NCBI GenBank assembly: GCA_963851265.1
Contig: CAWKNZ010000008.1
Coordinates: 1-64,000 of the forward strand
From: an uncultured Gemmatimonadales bacterium
Lineage (GTDB): Bacteria; Gemmatimonadota; Gemmatimonadetes; Gemmatimonadales; Gemmatimonadaceae
Length of the DNA: 64,000 nucleotides
Direction of reading: 5' to 3'
Shown: positions 29,731 through 39,761 of the stretch, piece by piece
How the letters are laid out: every line of letters starts with the position of its first letter
Numbering within the stretch: position 1 is the stretch's first letter
Program-made: the position numbers and the translations under genes
The notes under the pieces: generated by a model
The model's input: only the letters and a program-made list of their open reading frames with translations
Told to the model about the DNA's origin: nothing
Databases searched by the model: none

Positions 29731-31374
29731 TCACCGCGGGGCCGCCGCGTACACCTGATCGAGGAAGAGGTACCGCGCGCGCGGCTCCGGCTCGGCGCGC
29801 GAGTGGACGTCGATGCGCATGCGGGTCACGCGCCCGCTCGCGTCGGGCGTGCCGACCGGCCACTGGGGGAGGCCCACGCCGTTGGGGTTCCCGGTCTTGA
29901 TGAAGTTCGCGAAGTAGCCCTGCATCGTCGCCGAGACCGCGTAGTCGTCGGGCGTCCACGCGAACACCGTGTTGAGCGGCAGGTTGCCTAACGCGTACTC
30001 GATCTCGGCGGAGTGGACCGCGCCGCGCGCGGGGGGCTGCGGCGGCGCGGCCGCACCGCGGGTGACGCCGCCGGCGAGGTTCGCGGTCACGCCCGCCTCG
30101 ACGGGCGCGGGCCGCGGGCGCGCGTACAGGTACCGGTACACCGGCTGCCCGCCCGTGCGGCCCTGCATGTCGAGCCACTTCCACGTCGAGTACCCGATGA
30201 ACTGGTCGCTCGCGAGATCCGTGACCGACTGCATCGCCTCGTCGGGGGTGGCGGCAGGGAAGACCCTGGCCGCGTCGCCCGCGCGGTCCTTGAACACGCG
30301 GGCGAGGAGCGCCGCGGTGGTCTCCTGATTCGGCGTGTCCTGCAGCACGGCGCGGGCGGACATCTCTTCGGAGTTCCAGCCGGCCAGCAGCGGGACGTGC
30401 GCCTGCCGCCCCGCGGCGTAGATCGCCGAGGGCACTTCGGGGAAGAAGTCGCCGTCCACGTTAGGCCCGAAGCGCACGGCGCCGGGGCGGCCCGCCGCCT
30501 CGAGCAGTTCGGTGGCCGACAGCGTGCGGAGCGCGGCCAGCGACGGTGCGCCGACGCTCTGCGCGAAGCGGACGCCGTTCTGCTCCGTCGCGCCGCGCGT
30601 GGGGGTCGCGATCGTGGTCGAGAAGAACGCGCCGCTCTCGCCGATGGCGCGCGCGAACAGGCCCTGGGCCAGCGGCGACGCCATCTGCGCGCTCACCGAG
30701 AACGAGCCGGCCGACTCGCCGGCGATCGTGACCTGCGCCGGGTCGCCGCCGAAGGCGGCGACGTTGGCGCGCACCCAGCGGAGCGCCGCCGTCTGGTCCA
30801 TGAGGGCGTAGTTGCCCGAGGCGTGCCGCGGCGACTCGGCCGTCAGCTCCGGATGTGAGAAGAAGCCGAAGATGCCGAGCCGGTAGCTGAGCGTGACGAC
30901 GACGATGCCGCGCTTCGCCATGCTCTCGCCGTCGTAGCGCGGCTCGGAGCCGTCGCCGGCGACGAAACCGCCGCCGTAGAAGTAGACGAGTACTGGTCGC
31001 TTGGCCGTGGCGGTGGCGGCGGGCGGCGTCCACACGTTCAGGTACAGGCAATCCTCGCTCACGCCCGCGTTGCGGAACATCATGTCGCCGAAGACGCGCG
31101 CCTGCATGCACTGGTCGGCGAACCGGTCGGCCATGCGCACGCCCGTCCACGCGCGCGCCGGCTGCGGCGCGCGCCAGCGCAGGTCGCGCACCGGCGGCGC
31201 GGCGAACGGGATCCCACGGAAGAGCCGAACGCCGCTCGACGCGACGGTGCCCTGCACCACGCCGTGGTCCGTCCGGACCTGCGGCGCGGAGCCCGCGTCG
31301 GTCGGGGCCTGCGCGCACAGGATGGCGGCCGGAATGAGCGCGGCGATGGTGCCGGGGGCGAGCGTTCGCATCAC
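29731..31374 (-). CDS. Type B carboxylesterase
   Basis: FRGIPFAAPP, SEDCLYLNVW, GGGF, GESAG nucleophile, HSAEI. Confidence 0.93.
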   Translation of the reverse strand: MMRTLAPGTIAALIPAAILCAQAPTDAGSAPQVRTDHGVVQGTVASSGVRLFRGIPFAAPPVRDLRWRAPQPARAWTGVRMADRFADQCMQARVFGDMMFRNAGVSEDCLYLNVWTPPAATATAKRPVLVYFYGGGFVAGDGSEPRYDGESMAKRGIVVVTLSYRLGIFGFFSHPELTAESPRHASGNYALMDQTAALRWVRANVAAFGGDPAQVTIAGESAGSFSVSAQMASPLAQGLFARAIGESGAFFSTTIATPTRGATEQNGVRFAQSVGAPSLAALRTLSATELLEAAGRPGAVRFGPNVDGDFFPEVPSAIYAAGRQAHVPLLAGWNSEEMSARAVLQDTPNQETTAALLARVFKDRAGDAARVFPAATPDEAMQSVTDLASDQFIGYSTWKWLDMQGRTGGQPVYRYLYARPRPAPVEAGVTANLAGGVTRGAAAPPQPPARGAVHSAEIEYALGNLPLNTVFAWTPDDYAVSATMQGYFANFIKTGNPNGVGLPQWPVGTPDASGRVTRMRIDVHSRAEPEPRARYLFLDQVYAAAPR

Positions 31375-34300
31375 GGTGAGTTGGAGTTCGATGTCAGCAG
31401 GAGTGCGCCGGTCTTTCGGGCCGGCGCCCTGCCACCGTGTACGAGGAGCGGCGCCTGCGCGTTCGCGGCGCGCGCGCGGCGGAAGAGCAGCGGCCGGGCG
31501 TTGTTGCGCGCGACCACGTACTCGTCACCGGCGCGCGTGCGGACGCGGGCGATGTCGCGCACCTGGCCGGGAACGAAGAACCCGCTCTCGGCCGCGCGCA
31601 CGGGCGTGAACGGCGCGCAGAGGCTGTCGGCGCGACCGGCGTCGCCGGCCGGGCAGCGCGACGGGTCGCCGCGGAGGACGAGGCCGTAGCTCGCGGCCGC
31701 GCGTCCGATCTCGGGCTTGAAGCCGTCGAAGTTGCCGCCTAACAGGAGCTCGGTGCGTCCGTCGTGGCCGACGTCGGCCGCGAGCATGCCGTACACCGGC
31801 GCGAGCTGCGCCTCGGCCGGCAGCGGGATCACGGTGAAGCGCGGCCTGCCGTCGCGCCCGCGCCCGTCGTTGCGGACGAGCGAGGTCGCGAAGGTGAACG
31901 CGGTGTCGGCGACCGCGCCCGCCAGCTCCGACGCCGGAAACATGTCGGGCGTGGTCGCCTTCGCGTACGTGTCGTAGGCGAGGAAGCGCGACTTGAGGCG
32001 CGGGATGGCGCGGATCATGTCGTCGCGCAGCGGGAGTGGCCAGCTCTGGCTGCCGTCGTAGGTCGAGAGGATCTGCTGAACGAACCCGCCGCCGACGAAG
32101 TCCTTCACGTACATCGTGGCCGGCTCGGTCGCGCTCGCGCGCAGGCGCGTGTTGAGGCCGAGGTTGCCGACGACGAAGTCGACGCGCCCGTGGCCCGTGA
32201 AGTCGCCCGCGACGATCCGGTTCCACCACCCGTGGCTCTTCGCCAGTCCGGGCACGACCCACTTCCGCAGCCGCCCGCCCCCCTCGTTGTGGAAGATCGT
32301 GATCGGCATCCACTCGCCCACCACCACCAGGTCCGGGCGCCCGTCGCCGTCCACGTCCCGCCACACGGCGTCGGTGACCATGCCGACGTGCGCCAACTCC
32401 GGCGCGAGCCGTGCGGTGACGTCGGTGAAGTGGCCGCGGCCGTCGTTCTGCAGCAGCATGCTGCGCGGCGCCACGCCGTACTTGCCCGGCACCACGCGCC
32501 CGCCGACGAACAGGTCCTGCGTGCCGTTCCCGTCGTAGTCGGCCGCGACGGCGCGCGAGCCCGCGATACGTTCGTTCGGCAGACTGCCCGCCGGCGCTTT
32601 GCGGAAGTGGCCGCGCCCGTCGTTCAGGTACAGGCGATCCTGCAGCTCGGGAGCCGAATCGGCGAACGCGCTCCCCCCGCTGACGACGTACAGGTCGGGG
32701 TGGCCGTCTCCGTTGGCGTCGAAGAAGGTCGCGCCGATGTCCTCGCACCCGACGTCGGACGCGAACGCGCGTTCGTCGCCCGGTACGAAGCGGCCGTCGG
32801 GCTGTTGCAGCATGAGACGCCCGCCCTGCCCCCTGCCGCCGCCGATGTAGAGGTCGTCCAACCCGTCGCCGTTCACGTCGGCGACGGCGAGCGAGGGTCC
32901 TTCGGTCGAGAGGAGCTTGGGGGCGAGCCGTTCGTGGTCGAAGTCGACGTAGTCGTTGGCGCGGTGGACGAAGTCGAACGCGGAGCTGTCGGCCGCCAGG
33001 GTGAGGAGGCCCGCGTCGTGCGGCGCGAGCGGCGGGCGCGCGCCCGCGGGTCGCCCGGCGGCGGGCGCCTGCGCCTGGTGCACCGTCACGCGCCGGTCGG
33101 CGGCGACGCCCGTCAGCACGCTCGTCCGTCCGTCGGGCCACTCGACCCGGAGCGTGTCGACCGTCGCGTGCGCGCCGAGTCCGAACGTGAGCACCGGGTC
33201 GACGCTCGATTCGAAGCCGCGCGTCGGCGATTCCTCCTGCATCAGGATCTGGCTCTGGGCGGCGCTACCGCCAGTCGCGTCGCCGGCGACGCGGAGCGTC
33301 ACGCGCGCACCCACCGCGAAGCGATTCATCCCCGCCCCGTCGAGCGCGACCTGCAGGGAATGGCGCGCCGGGTACACCGTACGCGCGTTGTTGCGGTAGA
33401 TGAACGGCTCGCCGTTCACGTTGTTGACGACGAGGTCGGGCGCGCCGTCGCCGTCGAGGTCCGCGTACGCGGCGCCGCTCGAAAAGCTCGGCGCGTCGAG
33501 CCCCCACGCGTGCGCCTCGTTGGCGAAGTGCAGCCCCCCGAGGTTGTGGAACGCGTAGTTGGGGATCCGGGTCGACGGCATCGCCTTCGTCAGCTTCAGA
33601 TAGTTCGGCTCGCCGCCGACCGGGCCGTCGCCGGGCCGGTCGCCGCCGTCCGCCGCCTCCGCCGGGTCGCGGCGCGAGGCCTCGCGGTCGGCGGCCTGGT
33701 GATCGTTGGCCGAGTAGGCGATGTAGTCCTGCGAGGTGACGTCGCGGGCGACGCCGTTGGTCACGAAGATGTCCTTCTGCCCGTCCAGGTCGAGGTCGAC
33801 GATCAGGGCGCCCCAGCTCCAGTCGGTGCGCGCCACGCCGCCCATCCACGCGACGTCGCTGAACGTGCCGTCGCCGTTGTTGTGCTGGAGCATGTTGCGC
33901 ATGAGCTGGTGGCCGTACCCGTTGCGCACCTTCGACTGGTAGATGTCCCACCCCTCGAATGCGGCCATCGTGCGCAGCCGGTGCTCGTTCTCGGGGAGCA
34001 TGTCGGTGGTGTAGACGTCGGGCCAGCCGTCGTTGTCCAGGTCCGCGACGTCGAGGCCCATCGAGAACTCGCTCATCACCGGCATCGCCCGGTCGCCCAC
34101 CTCGGCGAAGGTGCCGTCGCCGTTGTTCACGTACAGGTAGTCGCGCTCGAAGAAGTCGTTCGAGACGTAGATGTCGGGCCAGCCGTCGCGGTTCACGTCG
34201 CCCACGGCCACGCCGAGCCCGAACGCGTTCTGCGGGCTGAAGATGCCGGCCTTTTCGGTGACCTCGGTGAAGTGTGGGTGGTCGGCGCTGCCGTCGTTGT

Positions 34301-35042
34301 GGTACAGCTTCGCCCCGCTGTACCGGTCGGGCATGTGGCGCGAGTAGAGGACGGCGAAGCCGGTGACCGGCTTCGGCGAGTTGTTGATCACGAGCAGGTC
34401 GAGGCGGCCGTCGCGGTCGTAGTCGAAGAACACGGCCTGCGTCGACCAGCCCTCGTCGGCGACGCCGTACTCCTTCGCCATCTCCTTGAAGTGCGGCACG
34501 CCGTCGCGGTCGACCCCCTGGTTGATCCAGAGCTCGTTGGCGCGGCTCCCCGGGTCGCCGGGGCCGGCCTTGCACACGTAGATGTCGAGCTTTCCGTCGC
34601 CGTTCACGTCGGCGAAGGTGACGCCCGTGGTCCACGCGTTGGGCCGCGTCGTGATCCCCGACGCCTCGGTCACGTCGCGGAAGTGGAAGCGCCCCTCGTT
34701 GAGGTAGAGCCGCGGGCCGCCCTGATTGGAGGTGAGCACCATCTCGGGCAGGCTGTCGCCCGTGAGGTCGCCGAGTGCCACGCCGCCGCCGTTGTAGAAA
34801 TTGCGGTAGGTGAACACGTTCATCGCCCGCGTCTCGGTGACCCGATTCGCGAAGGTGACGCCGGTGTACGCCGCGGGCAGCTGTGTGAACAGGCGGCCGT
34901 CGGCGGGGGGCGCGGCCGGGCGGGGATGGGGGGCGCCGCCGCAGGCGATCCCGAACCCCGCGGCGAGGGCGAGCGACGCGGCGGTCGCGAACCGGGCGCG
35001 GGTGCGCGCGAGGTGACGCCGGAACGTCGGTGCTGAAGGCAT
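31371..35042 (-). CDS. FG-GAP/VCBS-repeat, ASPIC/UnbV-domain lipoprotein (CRTAC1-like)
   Basis: YNGGGVALGD, many DxNGDGxxD repeats, AVGARV...RGFESS...FGLG (ASPIC/UnbV). Confidence 0.9.
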   Translation of the reverse strand: MPSAPTFRRHLARTRARFATAASLALAAGFGIACGGAPHPRPAAPPADGRLFTQLPAAYTGVTFANRVTETRAMNVFTYRNFYNGGGVALGDLTGDSLPEMVLTSNQGGPRLYLNEGRFHFRDVTEASGITTRPNAWTTGVTFADVNGDGKLDIYVCKAGPGDPGSRANELWINQGVDRDGVPHFKEMAKEYGVADEGWSTQAVFFDYDRDGRLDLLVINNSPKPVTGFAVLYSRHMPDRYSGAKLYHNDGSADHPHFTEVTEKAGIFSPQNAFGLGVAVGDVNRDGWPDIYVSNDFFERDYLYVNNGDGTFAEVGDRAMPVMSEFSMGLDVADLDNDGWPDVYTTDMLPENEHRLRTMAAFEGWDIYQSKVRNGYGHQLMRNMLQHNNGDGTFSDVAWMGGVARTDWSWGALIVDLDLDGQKDIFVTNGVARDVTSQDYIAYSANDHQAADREASRRDPAEAADGGDRPGDGPVGGEPNYLKLTKAMPSTRIPNYAFHNLGGLHFANEAHAWGLDAPSFSSGAAYADLDGDGAPDLVVNNVNGEPFIYRNNARTVYPARHSLQVALDGAGMNRFAVGARVTLRVAGDATGGSAAQSQILMQEESPTRGFESSVDPVLTFGLGAHATVDTLRVEWPDGRTSVLTGVAADRRVTVHQAQAPAAGRPAGARPPLAPHDAGLLTLAADSSAFDFVHRANDYVDFDHERLAPKLLSTEGPSLAVADVNGDGLDDLYIGGGRGQGGRLMLQQPDGRFVPGDERAFASDVGCEDIGATFFDANGDGHPDLYVVSGGSAFADSAPELQDRLYLNDGRGHFRKAPAGSLPNERIAGSRAVAADYDGNGTQDLFVGGRVVPGKYGVAPRSMLLQNDGRGHFTDVTARLAPELAHVGMVTDAVWRDVDGDGRPDLVVVGEWMPITIFHNEGGGRLRKWVVPGLAKSHGWWNRIVAGDFTGHGRVDFVVGNLGLNTRLRASATEPATMYVKDFVGGGFVQQILSTYDGSQSWPLPLRDDMIRAIPRLKSRFLAYDTYAKATTPDMFPASELAGAVADTAFTFATSLVRNDGRGRDGRPRFTVIPLPAEAQLAPVYGMLAADVGHDGRTELLLGGNFDGFKPEIGRAAASYGLVLRGDPSRCPAGDAGRADSLCAPFTPVRAAESGFFVPGQVRDIARVRTRAGDEYVVARNNARPLLFRRARAANAQAPLLVHGGRAPARKTGALLLTSNSNSP

Positions 35043-35239
35043 GTCCTGCGGCGGGAAGGGCGGGCGGCGACTCGGGCGGGAGAGCGCCGCGGGCGTCGCC
35101 GGGTGGGATATCGAATAATGGTCGCGGGGCAGGGGGGCGCAAGCAGGCGGCGGGGCGGGGCGCGCCTTCCCGCGCGGCCGTCCGGTGGGCAGTTTGCCCG
35201 CGGTCCGCACGCACGACCACTTCCCACGCGCCCGACCGC

Positions 35240-36919
35240 ATGATCCAGTTCCGCCCGTCGACGGCCCACATCGTCGCTGCCCTGATCCTCGCGGCCGGCG
35301 CGGCGCGCCGGCCCGCGCCGGCGACGGCACAAACGCCCGCGCCGGTCCAGCCGGCGCCCGCCCAGCCGCCCGCCTCGCCGTCCCCTGGCACCCTTCAGGC
35401 GCACCGCGTGGTGCCGGCGCCCACGGAGGTCACGCCCGACTCGGGGGCGCCGTTCGCGCTCACCGCGTCGACGGTGGTCGTCGTACCGTCGCGCGGCGGG
35501 CCGGCAGGCGTGGCGGCCGCGCGCGTGGGGAGCGCGCTCGCCGCGCTGCTCCGGCCGGCGACGGGCTTTCGCATGCCGGTGTCCGCCGAGGGCGGCGCGG
35601 TCCCGCACGGCGCGATCGTGCTCCGCCTGGGCGGCCCCGCGTCGCTCGGGCCGGAGGGCTACGCGATGACCGTCACGGCCGACTCGTTGCAGGTGACGGC
35701 GGTCGAGCCGGCCGGGCTGTTTCACGGCGTGCAGACTCTGCGTCAGCTGCTGCCCGCAGGGATCGAGGCCGAGCAGAGCGTCACGCGCCTGGCGGACGCG
35801 TGGACCGTACCGGCGGGGCGCATCGTCGACCGGCCGCGGTTCGCGTGGCGTGGCGGCATGCTCGACGTCGCGCGCCACTTCTTCACGGTGCGCGAGGTGA
35901 AGCAGTACGTCGACCTGCTCGCGCTCTACAAGCTCAACACGCTGCATCTGCACCTGGCCGACGACCAGGGGTGGCGCATCGCGATCGACGCGTGGCCGAA
36001 GCTGGCGACGGTCGGCGGGAGCACGCAGGTGGGGGGCGGGCCGGGCGGGTACTACACGAAGGCCGACTACGCGGAGATCGTGCGCTACGCGGCCGACCGC
36101 TTCGTCACCGTGGTGCCCGAGGTCGACATGCCGGCGCACACGCAGGCGGCCAGCGCGTCGTACCCGCGGCTCGGCTGCGGCAAGCCCGCGCCCGACGCGT
36201 CGGCCAACGACGTGCCGGCGCCTGGGCTCTACACGGGGATCCGCGTCGGCTTCAGCACGCTCTGCCACGACCGGGCGCTCACCTACAAGTTCGTCGACGA
36301 CGTGGTGCGCGAGCTGGCGGCGATGACGCCGGGCCCGTACCTCCACCTCGGCGGCGACGAGGTCGCGGCGCTCACGGTGCCGCAGTACGCGACGTTCGTC
36401 GAGCGCGTGCAGGACATCGTCGCGCGGCACGGCAAGACGATGGTCGGGTGGGACGAGATCGGGCGCGCGAAGCTGCGCCCCGGGACGATCGCGCAGCTGT
36501 GGCGCGCGGACACGGCGATGCTCGCCGCGCGCCAGGGCGCGAAGCTCGTGATGTCGCCGGCGAGTAAGGCGTATCTCGACATGAAATACACGCCGAACAC
36601 CGAGCTCGGCCTGCGGTGGGCCGGGCTGGTGGAGCTGCGCACGGCGTACGACTGGGACCCGGTCACGTTCTTCGCGGGCGTGACCGAGCGCGACGTGCTC
36701 GGCGTGGAGGCGCCGCTGTGGACCGAGACGGTGCGCAACATCACCGCGGCCGAGTACCTGATCGTGCCGCGGCTTCCGGCCCTCGCCGAGGTGGCGTGGA
36801 CTCAGGCGGGCGCGCGCGACTGGGAGGGCTTCCGCACCCGGATCGCCGCGCACGCGCCGCGCTGGCGCCTGCTCGGGATCAACTACTACCCGTCGCCGCA
36901 GGTGGAGTGGGCGCCGTGA
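35240..36919 (+). CDS. GH20 beta-N-acetylhexosaminidase
   Basis: DRPRFAWRGGMLDVARHF, HLHLADDQGWR, PEVDMPAH, HLGGDE, APLWTE. Confidence 0.93.
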   Translation: MIQFRPSTAHIVAALILAAGAARRPAPATAQTPAPVQPAPAQPPASPSPGTLQAHRVVPAPTEVTPDSGAPFALTASTVVVVPSRGGPAGVAAARVGSALAALLRPATGFRMPVSAEGGAVPHGAIVLRLGGPASLGPEGYAMTVTADSLQVTAVEPAGLFHGVQTLRQLLPAGIEAEQSVTRLADAWTVPAGRIVDRPRFAWRGGMLDVARHFFTVREVKQYVDLLALYKLNTLHLHLADDQGWRIAIDAWPKLATVGGSTQVGGGPGGYYTKADYAEIVRYAADRFVTVVPEVDMPAHTQAASASYPRLGCGKPAPDASANDVPAPGLYTGIRVGFSTLCHDRALTYKFVDDVVRELAAMTPGPYLHLGGDEVAALTVPQYATFVERVQDIVARHGKTMVGWDEIGRAKLRPGTIAQLWRADTAMLAARQGAKLVMSPASKAYLDMKYTPNTELGLRWAGLVELRTAYDWDPVTFFAGVTERDVLGVEAPLWTETVRNITAAEYLIVPRLPALAEVAWTQAGARDWEGFRTRIAAHAPRWRLLGINYYPSPQVEWAP

Positions 36920-38867
36920 CCGGGCCGGCACCGGCGCCGGGGCCGGCGGCGTCGGCGACGACGTAGGCTTCCATCGCGAAGTACTCGGCGAGCCCCAGGC
37001 GGTCGAGCGTCGTGGCCGTGTCCTTGTTGCGCTGCTCGACCCGCTGCCAGAACTCGCGCTCGTCCTGCCCGGGGAAGGGCGCCGAGTCCTTTTGCGACTG
37101 GTGCTTGAAGATCGCCTGGATCTTCACGCGCAGCTCCTCCTGGGACATCGGGACGAGGTAGGTGGCCTCGGTGACGGGCCACTCCTGCCACGCGCCGCGG
37201 TAGAGCCAGACTTCGGGCATCGGACGGCCGTCCCGCGCGCGTTCGGCGAGCGCGCGGTCGATGGCCTCCTTGCACATCCGGTGCGTGCCGTGCGGGTCCG
37301 AGAGGTCGCCGGCCACGAAGATGATCTCGGGGTCGAGCTCGTCGAGCAGGGCGCGCACGATGGCCACGTCGGCCGGGCCGATGGGGTTCTTCACCACCTG
37401 GCCGGTCTGGTAGAACGGCAGGTTGAGGAAGCGGGCGTTGTCCGTCGACAGGCCCATCACTTCGAGACCGCTCACCGCCTCGCTCTCGCGGATGAGGCGC
37501 TTGACGTCCTGGACCTCGGGGATGTCGACGTCGCCGGCGTGCTTGCGCGCGAAGAATTCGGCGGCACGCGCGCAGAGCGCCTCGACCGGCGCGCGGTCGA
37601 CGAGGCCCTCGCGCGCGAGGCGCGCGAGCAGGTCGAGGTAGCGGCGTACGTCGTGGTCGAAGACGGCGATGTTGCCGCTCGTCATGTAGGCGACGGTCAT
37701 CGCGTTCTCGTTCTCGACGAACTTGTGCAGGATGCCGCCCATCGAGATGACGTCGTCGTCGGGGTGCGGCGAGAAGCAGACGACGCGGCGCCCCCGCGGC
37801 AGCTTGCTCTTGCCGCGGATTTTTGCGCCGAGTGTGTTGAACACCGCGCCGTTGACCGCCCCGGGCGAGCCGTAGCGCGCGACGAGCGACGAGAGGCGGT
37901 GGTCGGCGTAGTCGCGCTGCGTGAGCTTGAGCACGCCCCGGCCGACGCGCGCCGAGAGCCACACCACGGCGCGCACGGCGAGGTCGGGGGTCCAGCGGAC
38001 CTCGTCGAGCAGCCAGGGCGTCGCGACGCGGGTGAGGTCGGCCGCCGCGGCGGCGTCGACGTAGAACGTGGTGTTGGGGTGGCGCTGGAGGAACGTCGCG
38101 GCGACTTCGAGGTCGAGGTCGCCCTCGACCGCGCGTCGCACGATGCTCGCCTTGTGCTCGCCGGTCGCGAGGATCGCGATCTCGCGCGCCTCGAGGATGG
38201 TGGCGACGCCCATCGTGACCGCCTCGCGCGGCACGAACTCCTCGCCGAAGAAGTCGGCCGCGGCGTCGAGCCGGGTCACGCGGTCGAGGTGCACGAGGCG
38301 CGTGCGGCTTTCGGCGCCCGAGCCGGGTTCGTTGAAGCCAATGTGGCCGGTCTTGCCGATGCCGAGAATCTGGAAGTCGATGCCGCCCGCGCGCTCGATC
38401 TCGAGCTCGTAGCGCATGCACGCCTCGGCGACCGCGTCGGGCGCGACGTTGCCGGGCGGGATGTGGACGTTCGCGGGGTCGACGTCGATGTGCGCGAACA
38501 GGTTCTCCCACATGTACCGGTGGTACGCGTGGATGCTGTCGGGCGCCATCGGGTAGTACTCGTCGAGGTTGAAGGTGACCACGTGCGCGAACGAGAGCCC
38601 CTCCTCGCGGTGCATGCGGATCAGCTCGCGGTAGACGCCGATGGGCGTGGAGCCGGTGGCGAGGCCGAGCACCGCGCGCTGGCCGCTGGCGCGACGTTCG
38701 CGGACGAGCGTGGCGATGCGCCCGGCGACGAGGCGGGCGATGGCGTCGTGCTCCTCGACGACGACGGTGCGGATCTTCTCGCGCGCGGTGAGGGCGCCGG
38801 CGGCGGGTGCGGCGACGGCCGCGTGCGGGGTGAGCGGGACGGCGGCGGGACGTTGGGCGGTGGTCAC
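36879..38867 (-). CDS. nagB: Glucosamine-6-phosphate deaminase fused to a PIG-L-like domain
   Basis: LGLATGSTP, FNLDEYY, GKTGHIGFNEPGS; C-terminal SPHPDDDVISMGG and DPHGTH. Confidence 0.92.
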   Translation of the reverse strand: MTTAQRPAAVPLTPHAAVAAPAAGALTAREKIRTVVVEEHDAIARLVAGRIATLVRERRASGQRAVLGLATGSTPIGVYRELIRMHREEGLSFAHVVTFNLDEYYPMAPDSIHAYHRYMWENLFAHIDVDPANVHIPPGNVAPDAVAEACMRYELEIERAGGIDFQILGIGKTGHIGFNEPGSGAESRTRLVHLDRVTRLDAAADFFGEEFVPREAVTMGVATILEAREIAILATGEHKASIVRRAVEGDLDLEVAATFLQRHPNTTFYVDAAAAADLTRVATPWLLDEVRWTPDLAVRAVVWLSARVGRGVLKLTQRDYADHRLSSLVARYGSPGAVNGAVFNTLGAKIRGKSKLPRGRRVVCFSPHPDDDVISMGGILHKFVENENAMTVAYMTSGNIAVFDHDVRRYLDLLARLAREGLVDRAPVEALCARAAEFFARKHAGDVDIPEVQDVKRLIRESEAVSGLEVMGLSTDNARFLNLPFYQTGQVVKNPIGPADVAIVRALLDELDPEIIFVAGDLSDPHGTHRMCKEAIDRALAERARDGRPMPEVWLYRGAWQEWPVTEATYLVPMSQEELRVKIQAIFKHQSQKDSAPFPGQDEREFWQRVEQRNKDTATTLDRLGLAEYFAMEAYVVADAAGPGAGAGPVTAPTPPAATGSS

Positions 38868-39029
38868 GGCCTGGCTCGGGACGGGGTGACGTCGGGCGGG
38901 CGAACGCGAGTGCGGCCGCGTCGCACGTCGCGCCGGCGGGCGGGTGCCCCGGGCGAGCGCGCCGCCCGGTATGTGCAGGGCGTGCGCGTGTCCTGTCAAG
39001 CCGGGCCGCGTAGCGGAATCGCGCCGGTT

Positions 39030-39067
39030 CTTGACATTCCTGTCCACGATCGTTACACATTCGTGTA
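39030..39067 (+). promoter_or_regulatory. tetR promoter/operator
   Basis: TTGACA at 39031 inside CTTGACATTCCTGTCCA; TACAC-N4-GTGTA palindrome at 39054-39067 abuts the ATG. Confidence 0.6.
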
Positions 39068-39681
39068 TGGGGCGCCCGAAGCAGTTCGACCGTGACGACG
39101 CGTTGCGCGCGGGGATGCGCGTGTTCTGGCGGCAGGGCTTCGCGGCGACGACCACCGAGGAGCTCGCGACCGCGATGGGGATCGGGCGCCAGAGCTTCTA
39201 CGACACGTTCGGCGACAAGCGGCGTTGCTACCTCGAGGCGCTGCGCGGGTACACGCGCGACGACGTCGGCGCGCAGATCGACGCGATCCGCCGCGCGGCG
39301 TCGCCGCTCGCGGCGCTCCGCGAGCTGCTGCGGTCGGCCGCCGCGGGGACCGCGGAGCGCCGCTCGATGGGATGCATGGCGATCAACTCGCTCGCGGAGT
39401 TCGGCGCGAGCGACGCCGAGGTTGCCGCGACGGTCGCGCCGACGGCGCTGCTCGTCGAGCAGACCATCGTGCAGCTGTTGCGCGAGGCGAAGGCCAAGGG
39501 CGAGGTCGCGCCGTCGCTCGACGAGCAGCGCGCGGCGCGCGCGCTCATCTGCACGCGCATGGGCATGATGCTCGGCGCCCGCGCCGGGCAGTCGGTGGAC
39601 GGCCTGCGCGCGGTCGCGGATTTCGTCGTCGATCAGCTCACGGCGGCCCCCGTCGCGGGCGGCGAGCCGGCGGCGCGGTAG
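39067..39681 (+). CDS. TetR/AcrR-family regulator
   Basis: MGRPKQFD...FWRQGFAATT...GIGRQSFYDTFGDK; GCMAIN. Confidence 0.93.
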   Translation: MGRPKQFDRDDALRAGMRVFWRQGFAATTTEELATAMGIGRQSFYDTFGDKRRCYLEALRGYTRDDVGAQIDAIRRAASPLAALRELLRSAAAGTAERRSMGCMAINSLAEFGASDAEVAATVAPTALLVEQTIVQLLREAKAKGEVAPSLDEQRAARALICTRMGMMLGARAGQSVDGLRAVADFVVDQLTAAPVAGGEPAAR

Positions 39682-39761
39682 GGCCGGGCGGGCCGACACG
39701 CGGAACTCGGGTGCACGCGGATCCTGTTATGGACACACATGTCAAGCAGAGGGGTGGCGTG

